Assembly: GCA_003990765.1 (NCBI GenBank)
Contig: RBNJ01000270.1
Span: forward strand, 1 to 34,720
Length of the DNA: 34,720 nucleotides
Direction of reading: 5' to 3'
Source: Jimgerdemannia flammicorona
Lineage: Eukaryota
The notes below the pieces were generated by a model. That model did not search any database. It saw nothing but the letters and a program-made list of their open reading frames with translations, and was not told where the DNA came from. A program made the position numbers and the translations under genes. This document shows positions 1 to 9,556 of the stretch, one piece after another (within the stretch, counting starts at the first letter, position 1; the number at the start of each line of letters is the position of its first letter).

Positions 1-4
1 AAAA

Positions 5-8
<4 letters not shown>

Positions 9-43
<35 letters not shown>
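9..43 (-). repeat. Poly(A) tail of the minus-strand family A copy (T35 on +)
   Basis: T run directly abuts ATAAAAC, the reverse complement of the repeat end GTTTTAT. Confidence 0.8.
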
Positions 44-47
<4 letters not shown>

Positions 48-528
48 AACAAGTAGATAATAGCGGAAGAGTTTAGAGCGAGATGTGATACTGTTACGGC
101 AGATATGAAGGTCGGCAGTAAAAGGTCAAACAGTTATGAAAAGCTTATGCGAATTTTCACGACGGAACAGAAAGTGGAATAAAGTGTTTTCTGAAGCTAG
201 ATCAGCAACCCGCCCTCAGCACCGCAATGTGCGGTGGTCTTTATTCATTTTAAGAAACAAAGTTCAGGTAAACAAAGACACGGATCTAACCCCAGAATTC
301 CGGAATCGGATAGGTGCATAAGTACTCGGACCTTGCCCCGATCCAAACAAAGGTCTGAATTGGGCTTCGTCAATCTACACACGTGATGGGCCATTAAAAA
401 CCCAATATAGTAACAACCGGGAAAAGGTACCGGTCACGTGATCTAATGTTACATAATCAGTAAACAATGCCAAAAACGGAACTAGACCAATGACGCAACA
501 TGTGTTGTCACGTGATTGTCACTTATAG
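44..528 (-). repeat. Family A terminal repeat (pLTR-like), 3' copy of minus element
   Basis: Direct repeat of 3930-4414 (offset 3886); reverse complement of 4615-5100 and 8501-8986. Confidence 0.9.
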
Positions 529-728
529 GTTTAAAAACCTAAAAATCGTCGGCACCCGAAGGCGCAGGCGTCAGGCCTAGAGCCTTGCGACCAGAGCGGA
601 GTAGAGCCTCAGCACCGGAGTGAGCGAAGCGAGCGGAGGTAGACAGGTGTCACGGAGCGTAGGTATGCAGGCATCAGGCCTAGAGCCTCGCGCCGGAGGT
701 TGTCCAGTGATTTTTCGCGTTTTTAAAC
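529..728 (-). other. Family A 200-bp GC-rich inverted-repeat-bounded module
   Basis: Begins GTTTAAAAAC and ends GTTTTTAAAC; internal direct repeat CAGGCCTAGAGCCT; contains GAGCGAAGCGAG. Confidence 0.85.
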
Positions 729-758
729 ATCGCACAGCACATACAAGCGGTGCGGCCT

Positions 759-2771
759 TCAAGGAGGACTTAGAGCGAAGCTGGTGTTTGAGACGGCATT
801 AAGAACAGTAAAACTGTTCTTTCGGGTGATGATTGGTCGCCGGGCGGTTGCAGGGAAACCAAAACGAAGCAAAGCGGTATGTAGAGTCTTGTCAGGCTGT
901 TGATGTAGCCATCGGGCCATGTCGTATTGGATGACAAGCAATGGGGGAGGAAAAGCGGAGTGGGGGATAGGGGGGTGGGAAATAAGAGGAGGGGTGAGAA
1001 GTGAAGTTCAGACCTCAAGCCAATCAAACAAACTCAATTGAGCAGTTACAACATCAACAGGGTATCCTTTCCTGTGAACCAGGAACTCGGTCAGAGACCG
1101 ACACTCATCAAGCCAATCACAGCGAGAAGAGCAGAGTAGCGAAAGGTGGCGGGCCTCGTTCACGATGCATAGACGGAGCATCTTCCTAGGATGATTGCTC
1201 AACTAGTCAACAAACTGAGTACTACATGGGAACTTAGCAAAGTGGCCTATGCAGAACGGTGCGACTCGGATTTCCAGGTCTAAGTAATGGCATGGTCCGG
1301 CGGACAAGACTTCCCATTCAATATGATGGTGCGGAGGGTACACGGCAGCAAAGATCGAGGCCAAGTCTATGATCGCGGGTGTAAAGACGATAAGATCATC
1401 AATATACCAGCGGAACTTTAGCTCGGCAGCAACGGCTCAGCTAAGCAGATGATCGGGCGCTTGCAAGGCGTACAACTCATAAGCAAAACCAACAAGATTG
1501 GTAAGGTCTGGAGCACAATTAGTGCCCATAGCAATACCAGTCACAGAGCAGAAGGAACCGATGGCAGATGTAAATGTTGTATGAGTCATGACTATGCGGA
1601 TAAGGCTGAGAATGGCTTCAAGTGGCAAGGAGCTAGAGGGGAAGGCCACCGTCAACAAAAAGGTGAGGCAGTCAATGTACTCATCTAATGTGATCCTGGT
1701 GTAGAAGGCAGCGAAATCTCCAGTAGCGATGTATAAGCAATCTGACATATCAAGGTAATCCGATCAAACCAATTGAAGCAGTTTGAGCATATCATACAGA
1801 GGTGAATAACAGGAATAACCCACATTACAGTGCAGATGGGCCGACCACAGACGGAGAAAGCGAGATAGGAAACGCGAAATCTCGGTTGTGGGAGAGTTAA
1901 ACGCACCAACGATAGGGCGCCATACCACATGAGCCCCTTTGTGTACCTTGGGCAGAGCGTGAAACATGGGTAGCTTACAATCGATGGGCTCCATGAGGTG
2001 TTCCCAAATCGGCATACAATCATGATCGCCGATGCAGAACTCGAGTAGACTAAGAAGGTCTAGCCTCACTAATTCCTTAACGTTATCAATCGTAGAGGGA
2101 TCATTCACATACGCAGGATCATGAAGGAGAGACCGAAGACTGTCGAGATAAAGAGTGCGCGGTATAATGGCGAACCCCAGATTCTTGTCGGTAAGACAGA
2201 CAGTGAAGTCATCATGAGTACAGACACCTTTAAGAAGGTGGCAGAACTTCTTCGGTACAAGCGCGCCGGACACATTCGTCGTGGGTCAGACAGCTTGATT
2301 CAAGGTGGCACTCATATGGAGCATAATCTGCATATTTTCCATACAGTGCAGCAGTCGCCATTTAGATGGCACCCAGGTGGAGATCTCCGGGATGTCATCA
2401 GGATTACCCATAGAGGTCCAGAAGGTGGCAAGGTCAAGATGCCATTGGAATGACGACAACGAAATTGGGTTGATGGTGCTGTTCATCGATGCCGACCTGG
2501 GGAGAACAAACTTAGGGCCAAAGTTCAGCATATACGTGAGCTCGGGGGTAAGCCAAGGCGGAGGTATATCGGTAACAAAGCCCTCCTCGGTAAACATCTG
2601 AAACCGAGGGACAAAAAACTGACTTAATCGAGAACTGGGAAGAGAAGACATGAAGGTAAAATCCTCAATTGGTGTCGAGGCCGCTACCCCACGTGGAATG
2701 GGGACATCGGGGCCAAACCACGCTGCTGGGAAGTCATATAAGACTTCCGGGCTGGGGACCTCTAGTTTTTT
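759..2771 (-). pseudogene. Family A PLE reverse transcriptase, interrupted by nonsense codons
   Basis: Same-frame fragments 2286-2651, 1764-2273, 1437-1748, 1008-1202 and 759-941 match the 6378-8207 protein (TDKN, LPKVHK..WRPIV, GDFAAFYT, GIAMGTNCAP, SNHP). Confidence 0.9.
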
Positions 2772-3919
2772 GACGCTAGAGGACAGGCATCACTGGCATT
2801 ATGCCAGACGACATGACGTTTAGTGGCAGTACACTTGTTGCACTGTGGCATAAATGCCCTGGCAGCGCTCTTAGATAAGCAGCTCGAAGTCGATGAGCGG
2901 CTAGTCCTGGTAGAAGTGGAGGAAATGGACAGGGAAGGCGAAGCCTTACACGCTCGCTTGACCCCTTTTACAGAACCTACTGTCAAAGCAGAGGCTAGGG
3001 GGCAAGGACCCCAGTGGGCCTTCGTCGGTACACCAAGACGTCCAGAACAGCTGTGACAGTTCGGCGCGGCAGAGGCCGAAGTCACATCCACCACCTTGGC
3101 CTTTCCTGCAGCCCCCGCAGGTACGGCGGTAGAGGGTGGGGGGGTGGGGACACTCTTTTTCGGTCAGGCGGAACCGGCAGCAGAGGCAAACGTGCATTTA
3201 GCATCCAGAGTAACAATCTCGAGGCGCTTCCCAAGCTCCTCAACCACAGCTTTGCGGGCGGCGGCAGAAATCCCATCTTGCAGGGAGGAGGACGCAGGGA
3301 CAGTCGGGTGGACTGCAGCAGCAGCAGCTTTAGCAGCGGCGGCAGTGGCAAGATAGCGAGATTGACGCATGACAACATCAAAACCACGGAACAAGAACAA
3401 GTTTGTCTTAGCTCTGTCGGTAGCAGCAAGGGTAGCAATATTCTTGGCAACCCCAAGAGTGATATCGACTGATACACCAAAAAACTGATGGGCATCGGAA
3501 GAACCACCCATGGCCTTGTTGATTTTAGCACGCTGGTCCTTAGCATGCTGGGCGGCAGCTTCTTGATCAGAAACGGCAGCCTCGATCGCGGCAGTGGTAC
3601 AGCGCTTAGCTTCTGCCGAAGCAGTAGCAAGGGTGGCATCACGCTGCTCCTTAGGTAGGAGGGCGATGGTAGCAGCTACCTTCTTGGAAGGAGTAAACCT
3701 CCAATCGGCAACTTGGGCCCGTAGGAAATTGGCATGGCATTCTTTCATGGCGGCGATCTCAAGGACAGAGAGCACTCCGGTGCAAGCAGCACGGAAGTAG
3801 GTAGGGACCTCGGCAGACGCGGCAGCAACATAGGCTGCAAGGTTGTCGAACTCCGCCAAATCGGCGAAGGAAGCTTTGGGGATGGCAGCATCGCCATCTA
3901 CATTCATATTATCTGTCAT
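2762..3919 (-). pseudogene. Family A ORF1 (Ala-rich, two CCHC-type fingers) with one internal stop
   Basis: ORFs 3164-3919 and 2762-3094 match 5110-6267; CGA has become TGA at 3164-3166. Confidence 0.88.
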
Positions 3920-3925
3920 GTTGTG

Positions 3926-4414
3926 TATTATAAAACGAGTAGATAATAGCGGAAGAGTTTAGAGCGAGATGTGATACTGTTACGGCAGATATGAAGGTCA
4001 GCGGTAAAAGGTCAAACAGTTATGAAAAGCTTATGTGAATTTTCATGACGGAACAGAAAGCGGAATAAAGTGTTTTCCGAAACTAGATCAGCAACCCGCC
4101 CTCAGCACCGCAATGCGCGGTGGTCTTTATTCATTTTAAGAAACAAAGTTCGGGTAAACAAAGACACAGATCTAACCCCAGAATTCCGGAATCAGATAGG
4201 TGCATAAGTACTTGGACCTTGCCCCGATCCAAACAAAGGTCTGAATCGGACTTCGTCGATCTACACACATGACAGGCCATTAAAAACCCAATATAGTAAC
4301 AACCGGGAAAAGGTACCGGTCACGTGATCTAATGTTATACAATCAGTAAACAATGCCAAAAACGGAACTAGACCAATGATGCAATACGTGTTGTCATGTG
4401 ATTGTCACTTATAG
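3926..4414 (-). repeat. Family A terminal repeat, 5' copy of minus element
   Basis: Direct repeat of 44-528; ends a few bases before the ORF1 ATG at 3919. Confidence 0.9.
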
Positions 4415-4614
4415 GTTTAAAAACCTAAAAATCGTTAGCACCCGAAGGCGCAGGCATCAGGCCTAGAGCCTCACGACCGGAGCGGAGTAGAGCCTCGGCA
4501 CTGGAGCGAGCGAAGTAAGCGGAGGTAGACAGGCATCACAGAGCGTAGGTACGCAGGCATCAGGCCTAGAGCCTCGCGCCGGAGGTTGTCCGGCAATTTT
4601 TCGCGTTTTTAAAC
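4415..4614 (-). other. Family A GC module forming the centre of the palindrome
   Basis: Same orientation as 529-728; the symmetric arms begin at its terminal GTTTAAAAAC/GTTTTTAAAC. Confidence 0.9.
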
Positions 4615-5103
4615 CTATAAGTGACAATCACATGACAACATGTGTTGTGTCATTGGTCTAGTTCTGTTTTTGGCATTGTTTACTGATTGTGTAACATTAG
4701 ATCACGTGACCGGTACCTTTTCCTGATTGTTACTATATCGGGTTTTTAATGGCCCATCACGTGTGTAGATCGACGAAGCCTGATTCAGACCTTTGTTTGG
4801 ATTGGGGCAAGGTCCGAGTACTTATGCACCTATCCGATTCCGGAATTCTGGGGTTAGATCTGTGTCTTTGTTTACCCGAACTTTGTTTCTTAAAATGAAT
4901 AAAGACTACTGCGCATTGCGGTGCTGAGGGTGGGTTGCTGATCTAGCTTCGGAAAACACTTTATTCCGCTTTCTGTTCTGTCGTGAAAATTCACATAAGC
5001 TTTTCATAACTGTTTGACCTTTTACCACCAACCTTCATATCTGCTGTAACAGTATCACATCTCGCTCTAAACTCTTCTGCTATTATCTACTTGTTTTATA
5101 ATA
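4615..5103 (+). repeat. Family A terminal repeat, 5' copy of plus element (probable promoter/5'UTR)
   Basis: Direct repeat of 8501-8989; immediately upstream of the ATG at 5110; clustered CACGTG sites. Confidence 0.9.
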
Positions 5104-5109
5104 CACAAT

Positions 5110-6267
5110 ATGACAGATAATATGAATGTAGATGGTGATGCTGCCGTCCCCAAAGCTTCCTTTGCCGATTTGACGGAGTTCGACAACCTTGCAGCCTATG
5201 TTGCTGCCGCGTCTGCCGAGGTCCCTACCTACTTCCGTGCTGCTTGCACCAGAGTGCTCTCTGCCCTTGAGGTCGCCACCGCGAAAGAACGCTGTGCCGA
5301 TTTCCTATGGGCCCAAGTTGCCGATTGGAGGTTTACTCCTTCCAAGAAGGTAGCTGCTGCCATCGCCCTCTTACCTGAGGAGCAGCGTGATGCCGCCCTT
5401 GCTACTGCTTCGGCAGAAGCTAAGCACTATGCCATTGCCGCGATTGAGGCTGCCGTTTCGGATCAAGAAGCTGCCGCCCAGCATACTAAGGACCAGCATG
5501 CTAAAATCGACAAGGCCATGGGTGGTTCTTCCGATGTCCATCAGTTTTTTGGTGTATCGGTCGATATCACTCTTGGGGTTGCCAAGAATATTGCTACCCT
5601 TGCTGCCACCAACAGAGCTAAGACGAACTTGTTCTTGTTCTGTGGTTTTGACATTGTCGTGCATCAATCTCGCCGTCTTGCCGCCGCCGCCGCTGCTAAA
5701 GCCGCCGCTGCTGCAGTCCGTCTGACTGTCTCTGCATCCTCCTCCCTGCAAGATGGGATTTCTGCCACCGCCCGCAAAGCCATGGTTGAGAAGCTTGGGA
5801 AGCGCCCCGAGATTGTTACTCCGGGTGCTAAACGCACATTTGCCTCTGCTGCTGGTTCCGCCCGACCGAAAAAGAGTATCCCCACCCCCCCACCCTCTAC
5901 CGCCGTGCCTGCGGGGGCTGCGGGAAAGGCCAAGGTGGTAGATGTGACTTCGGCCTCTGCCACGCCGAACTGTCGCAGCTGTTCTGGATGTCTTGGTGTG
6001 CCGACGAAGGCCCACTGGGGTCCTTGCCCCCTAGCCTCTGCTTCGACAGTAGGTTCTGTAAAAGGGGTCAAGCGAGTGCGTAAGGCTTCGCCTTCCCCAT
6101 CCATTTCCTCCACTTCTACTGGGACCAGCCGCTCGTCGACTTCAAGCTGCTCGTCTAAGAGCGCTGCCAGGGCATTTGTGCCGCAGTGCAACAAGTGTAC
6201 TGCCACTAAACGTCATGTCGTCTGGCATAATACTGGCAATGCCTGTCCTCTAGCGTCAAAAAACTAG
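5110..6267 (+). CDS. Family A ORF1, 385 aa, Ala-rich helical region plus two C-terminal CCHC-type zinc fingers (Gag-like role inferred)
   Basis: Intact ORF containing CRSC-x10-H-x3-C and CNKC-x9-H-x5-C; same architecture as family B ORF1. Confidence 0.85.
   Translation: MTDNMNVDGDAAVPKASFADLTEFDNLAAYVAAASAEVPTYFRAACTRVLSALEVATAKERCADFLWAQVADWRFTPSKKVAAAIALLPEEQRDAALATASAEAKHYAIAAIEAAVSDQEAAAQHTKDQHAKIDKAMGGSSDVHQFFGVSVDITLGVAKNIATLAATNRAKTNLFLFCGFDIVVHQSRRLAAAAAAKAAAAAVRLTVSASSSLQDGISATARKAMVEKLGKRPEIVTPGAKRTFASAAGSARPKKSIPTPPPSTAVPAGAAGKAKVVDVTSASATPNCRSCSGCLGVPTKAHWGPCPLASASTVGSVKGVKRVRKASPSPSISSTSTGTSRSSTSSCSSKSAARAFVPQCNKCTATKRHVVWHNTGNACPLASKN
6258..6264 (+). promoter_or_regulatory. Putative -1 ribosomal frameshift heptamer A AAA AAC
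   Basis: In ORF1 phase just before its TAG. The -1 frame is open for 38 codons into the RT ORF and encodes YDFPAAWFGPDVP, homologous to family B NFPPAWFSPDVP. Confidence 0.75.
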
Positions 6268-8270
6268 AGGTCCCCAGCCCAGAAGTCTTATATGACTTCC
6301 CGGCAGCGTGGTTTGGCCCCGATGTCCCCATTCCACGTAGGGTAGCGGCCTCGACACCAATTGAGGATTTTGCCTTCGTGTCTTCTCTTCCCGGTTCTCG
6401 ATTAAGTCAGTTTTTCGTCCCTCGGTTTCAGATGTTTACCGAGGAGGGCTTTGTTACTGATATACCTCCGCCTTGGCTTACCCCCGAGCTCACGTATATG
6501 CTGAACTTTGGCCCTAAGTTTGTTCTCCCCGGGTCGGCATCGATGAACAGCACCATTGACCCGATTTCATTGTCGTCGTTCCAACGGCGTCTTGACCTTG
6601 CCACCTTCTGGACCTCTATGGGTAATCCTGACGACGTCCCGGAGATCTCCGCCTGGGTGCCATCTAAATGGCGACCACCGCACTGTATGGAAAATATGCA
6701 GATTATGCTCCATATGAGTGCCGCCTTGAATCAAGCTATCCGACCCATGACGAATGTGTCCAGCGTACTTGTACCGAAGAAGTTCTGCCACCTTCTTAAA
6801 GGCATCCGTACTCATGATGACTTCACTGTCTGTCTTACCGACAAGAATCTGGGGTTCGCTGTTATATTGCGCGCTCTTTATCTCGACGGTCTTCGGTCCC
6901 TTCTTTACGATCCTGCATACATGAATGATCCCTCTACGATTGATAACGTTAAGGAATCAGTGAGGCTAGACCTTCTTAGTCTACTCGAGTTCTGCATTGG
7001 CGATCATGATTGTATGCCGATTTGGGAACACCTCATGGAGCCCATCGATTGTAAGCTACCCGTGTTTCACGCTCTGCCCAAGGTACACAAAGGGGCTCAC
7101 ATGGCATGGCGCCCTATCGTTGGTACGTTTAACTCTCCCACGACCAAGATTTCGCGTTTCCTATCTCGCTTTCTCCATCTGTGGTCGGCCCATCTGTGCT
7201 ATAATGTGGGTTATTCCCGTTATTCACCTCTGCGTGATATGCTCGAACTGCTTCAATTGGTTCGATCGGATTACCTTGATGTGTCAGATTGCTTATACGT
7301 CGCTACTGGAGATTTCGCTGCCTTCTATACCAGAATCACATTAGATGAGTGCATTGACTGCCTCACCTTTTTGTTGATGGTGGCCTTCCCCCCTGGCTCC
7401 TTGCCGCTTGAAGCCATTCTCGGCCTTGTCTGTATAGTCATGACTCATACGACGTTTATATCCGCCATCGGTTCCTTCCGCTCTGTGACTGGTATTGCTA
7501 TGGGCACTAATTGTGCTCCAGACCTTGCCAATCTTGTTGGTTTTGCTCATGAGTTGCATGCCTTGCAAGTGCCTGATCATCTGCTTAGCCGAGCCGTCGC
7601 TGCCGAGCTAAAGTTCCGCCGGTATATTGATGATCTTATTGTCTTTACGCCCGCAATCATGGACTTGGCCTCGATCTTTGCTGCCGTGTACCCTCTGCAC
7701 CATCGTATCGAATGGGAAGTCTTGTCCGCCGGACCATGCCATTACTTAGACCTGGAAATCCAAGTCGCACTGTTCCACACAGACCGCTTTGCTAAGTTCC
7801 CGCGTAGTACTCAGTTTGTTGACTGGTTGAGCAATCATCCTAGGAAGACGCTCCGTCTATGCATCGTGAACAAGGCCCGCTGCCTTTCGCTACTCTGCTC
7901 TTCTCGCCGTGATTGGCTTGATGAGTGTCGGTCTCTGGCCAAGTTCCTGGTTCACAGGAAAGGATACCCTGTTGATGTTGTAACCGCTCAATTGAGTTTG
8001 GTTGATTGGCTTGAGGTCCAAACTTCACTTCTCACCCCTCCTCTTATTTCCCACCCCCCTATCCCCCACTCTGCTTTTCCTCCCCCATTGCTTGTCATCC
8101 AATACGACACGGCCCGATGGCTACATCAACAGCCCGACAAGACTCTACGTACCGCTTTGCTTCATTTTGGTTTCCCTGCGACCGCCCGGCGACCAATCAT
8201 CACCTGAAAGAACAGTTTTACCGTTCTTAATGCCGTCTCAAACACCAGCTTCGCTCTAAGTCCTCCTTGA
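6264..8270 (+). CDS. Family A Penelope-like reverse transcriptase with no endonuclease domain; premature TGA at 8205-8207, consensus stop 8268-8270
   Basis: Motifs LTDKNLG, FHALPKVHK..WRPIVG..SPT, GDFAAFYT, GIAMGTNCAPDLANL, RRYIDD, HYLDL, SNHP. The minus copy reads through with Arg at the premature stop. Confidence 0.92.
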
Positions 8271-8300
8271 AGACCGCACCGCTTGTACATGCCGTGCGAT

Positions 8301-8500
8301 GTTTAAAAACATGAAAAATCGCCGGACAATCACCGGCGCGAGGCTCTAGGCCTGACACCTGCATACCTACGCTCCGTGACACCTGTCTACCTCCGCTCGC
8401 TTCACTCGCTCCGGTGCCGAGACTCTACTCCACTCCGGTCGCGAGGCTCTAGGCCTGACGTCTACACCTTCGGGTGCCGACGATTTTTAGATTTTTAAAC
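8301..8500 (+). other. Family A GC module downstream of RT
   Basis: GTTTAAAAAC..AAAAATCG at start and CGATTTTT..TTTTTAAAC at end; reverse complement of 529-728. Confidence 0.85.
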
Positions 8501-9005
8501 CTATAAGTGACAATCATGTGACAACACGTGTTGCATCATTGGTCTAGTTCCGTTTTTGGCATTGTTTACTGATTGTGTAACATTAGATCACGTGACCGGT
8601 ACCTTTTCCCAGTTGTTACTATATTGGGTTTTTAATGGCCTGTCACGTGTGTAGATTGACGAAGCCCGATTCAGACCTTTGTTTGGATCGGGGCAAGGTC
8701 CGAGTACTTATGCACCTATCCGATTCCGGAATTCTGGGGTTAGATCCGTGTCTTTGTTTACCCGAACTTTGTTTCTTAAAATGAATAAAGACCACCGCGC
8801 ATTGTGGTACTGAGGGTGGGTTGCTGATCTAGCTTTGGAAAATACTTTATTCCGCTTTCTGTTCCATCATGAAAATTTGCATAAGCTTTTCATAACTGTT
8901 TGACCTTTTACTGCTGACCTTCATATCTGCCATAACAGTATCACATCTCGCTCTAAACTCTTCTGCTATTATCTACTCGTTTTATAATAAAAAAAAATAA
9001 AAAAA
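8501..9005 (+). repeat. Family A 3' terminal repeat plus A-rich tail
   Basis: Repeat of 4615-5103, followed by an A-rich run instead of ORF1. Confidence 0.88.
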
Positions 9006-9054
9006 TTAGTTATGAGTCTTTTGAGATATCTATTAGAATGTATCTATATTGGCA
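9005..9054 (+). repeat. 50-bp flanking sequence identical to 21053-21102 (probable remnant of target duplication)
   Basis: ATTAGTTATGAGTCTTTTGAGATATCTATTAGAATGTATCTATATTGGCA occurs at both places. Confidence 0.85.
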
Positions 9055-9375
9055 GAGGAGGAAGAAGGCCCAGCGGGAGCCAAGGGAGCAAACCCAGAGC
9101 CAGTGTCAAAACAAACGGAAGACATGTGGAAGAGCATGTATAAGGGGGACGAACAAAGAACGTAACCGAAAATGCATCAGCCGTTTATTGCCATGTAAAA
9201 ACGCAGTCCTTATATACAAAATACAACATCCCAAAAGGGAGGATGCACCACAACTCAGGGCGAACCGAATTAGGAACCACATGACCACCGGAGATAGGTG
9301 GAGATAAAGGGGGAGCCAATCTCAGTTGTAGGATAAAAATCACAAACAAACACAAACAAAACAAATCCAAATCGA

Positions 9376-9556
9376 GATTAAAAAACATCCGCAGACCCCG
9401 GAGGGGTGAGCGCGAGCGAGGGGTGAGGCCGAAACGGAGTGAGCTGCAGTGAGCCCGAGCAAAGCGAGGGGCCGAAGGCAGCAGAGGGGAGTGGAGTAAG
9501 GCCGAGACCCCGGAGCGAGCGCGAGACCCCAGAGAGGGCAAGGATGTTTTTTAATC
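9376..9556 (-). other. Family B 181-bp GC module
   Basis: Perfect 15-bp inverted repeat GATTAAAAAACATCC / GGATGTTTTTTAATC at its ends. Confidence 0.88.

Larger units (their letters stand above)
9..9005. mobile_element. Family A endonuclease-less Penelope-like retroelement, two full copies in a head-to-head palindrome
   Basis: 44-4414 is the near reverse complement of 4615-8986. Each arm has terminal repeat, ORF1, RT, GC module and terminal repeat. Poly(T) at left, A-rich tail at right. PLE-type RT motifs present. Confidence 0.9.

Noticed and set aside
4615..5103. Hammerhead ribozyme in terminal repeats
   Set aside because: CTGA occurrences are not followed by NGA with stem II and GAAA; none was found by eye in A or B.
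5371..6206. Antisense ORFs over family A ORF1
   Set aside because: Shadow frames of GC-rich Ala codons, with inconsistent boundaries between copies.
44..8989. LTR retrotransposon or DIRS interpretation
   Set aside because: No protease, RNase H, integrase or tyrosine recombinase, no TG..CA ends, and RT motifs are PLE-type.
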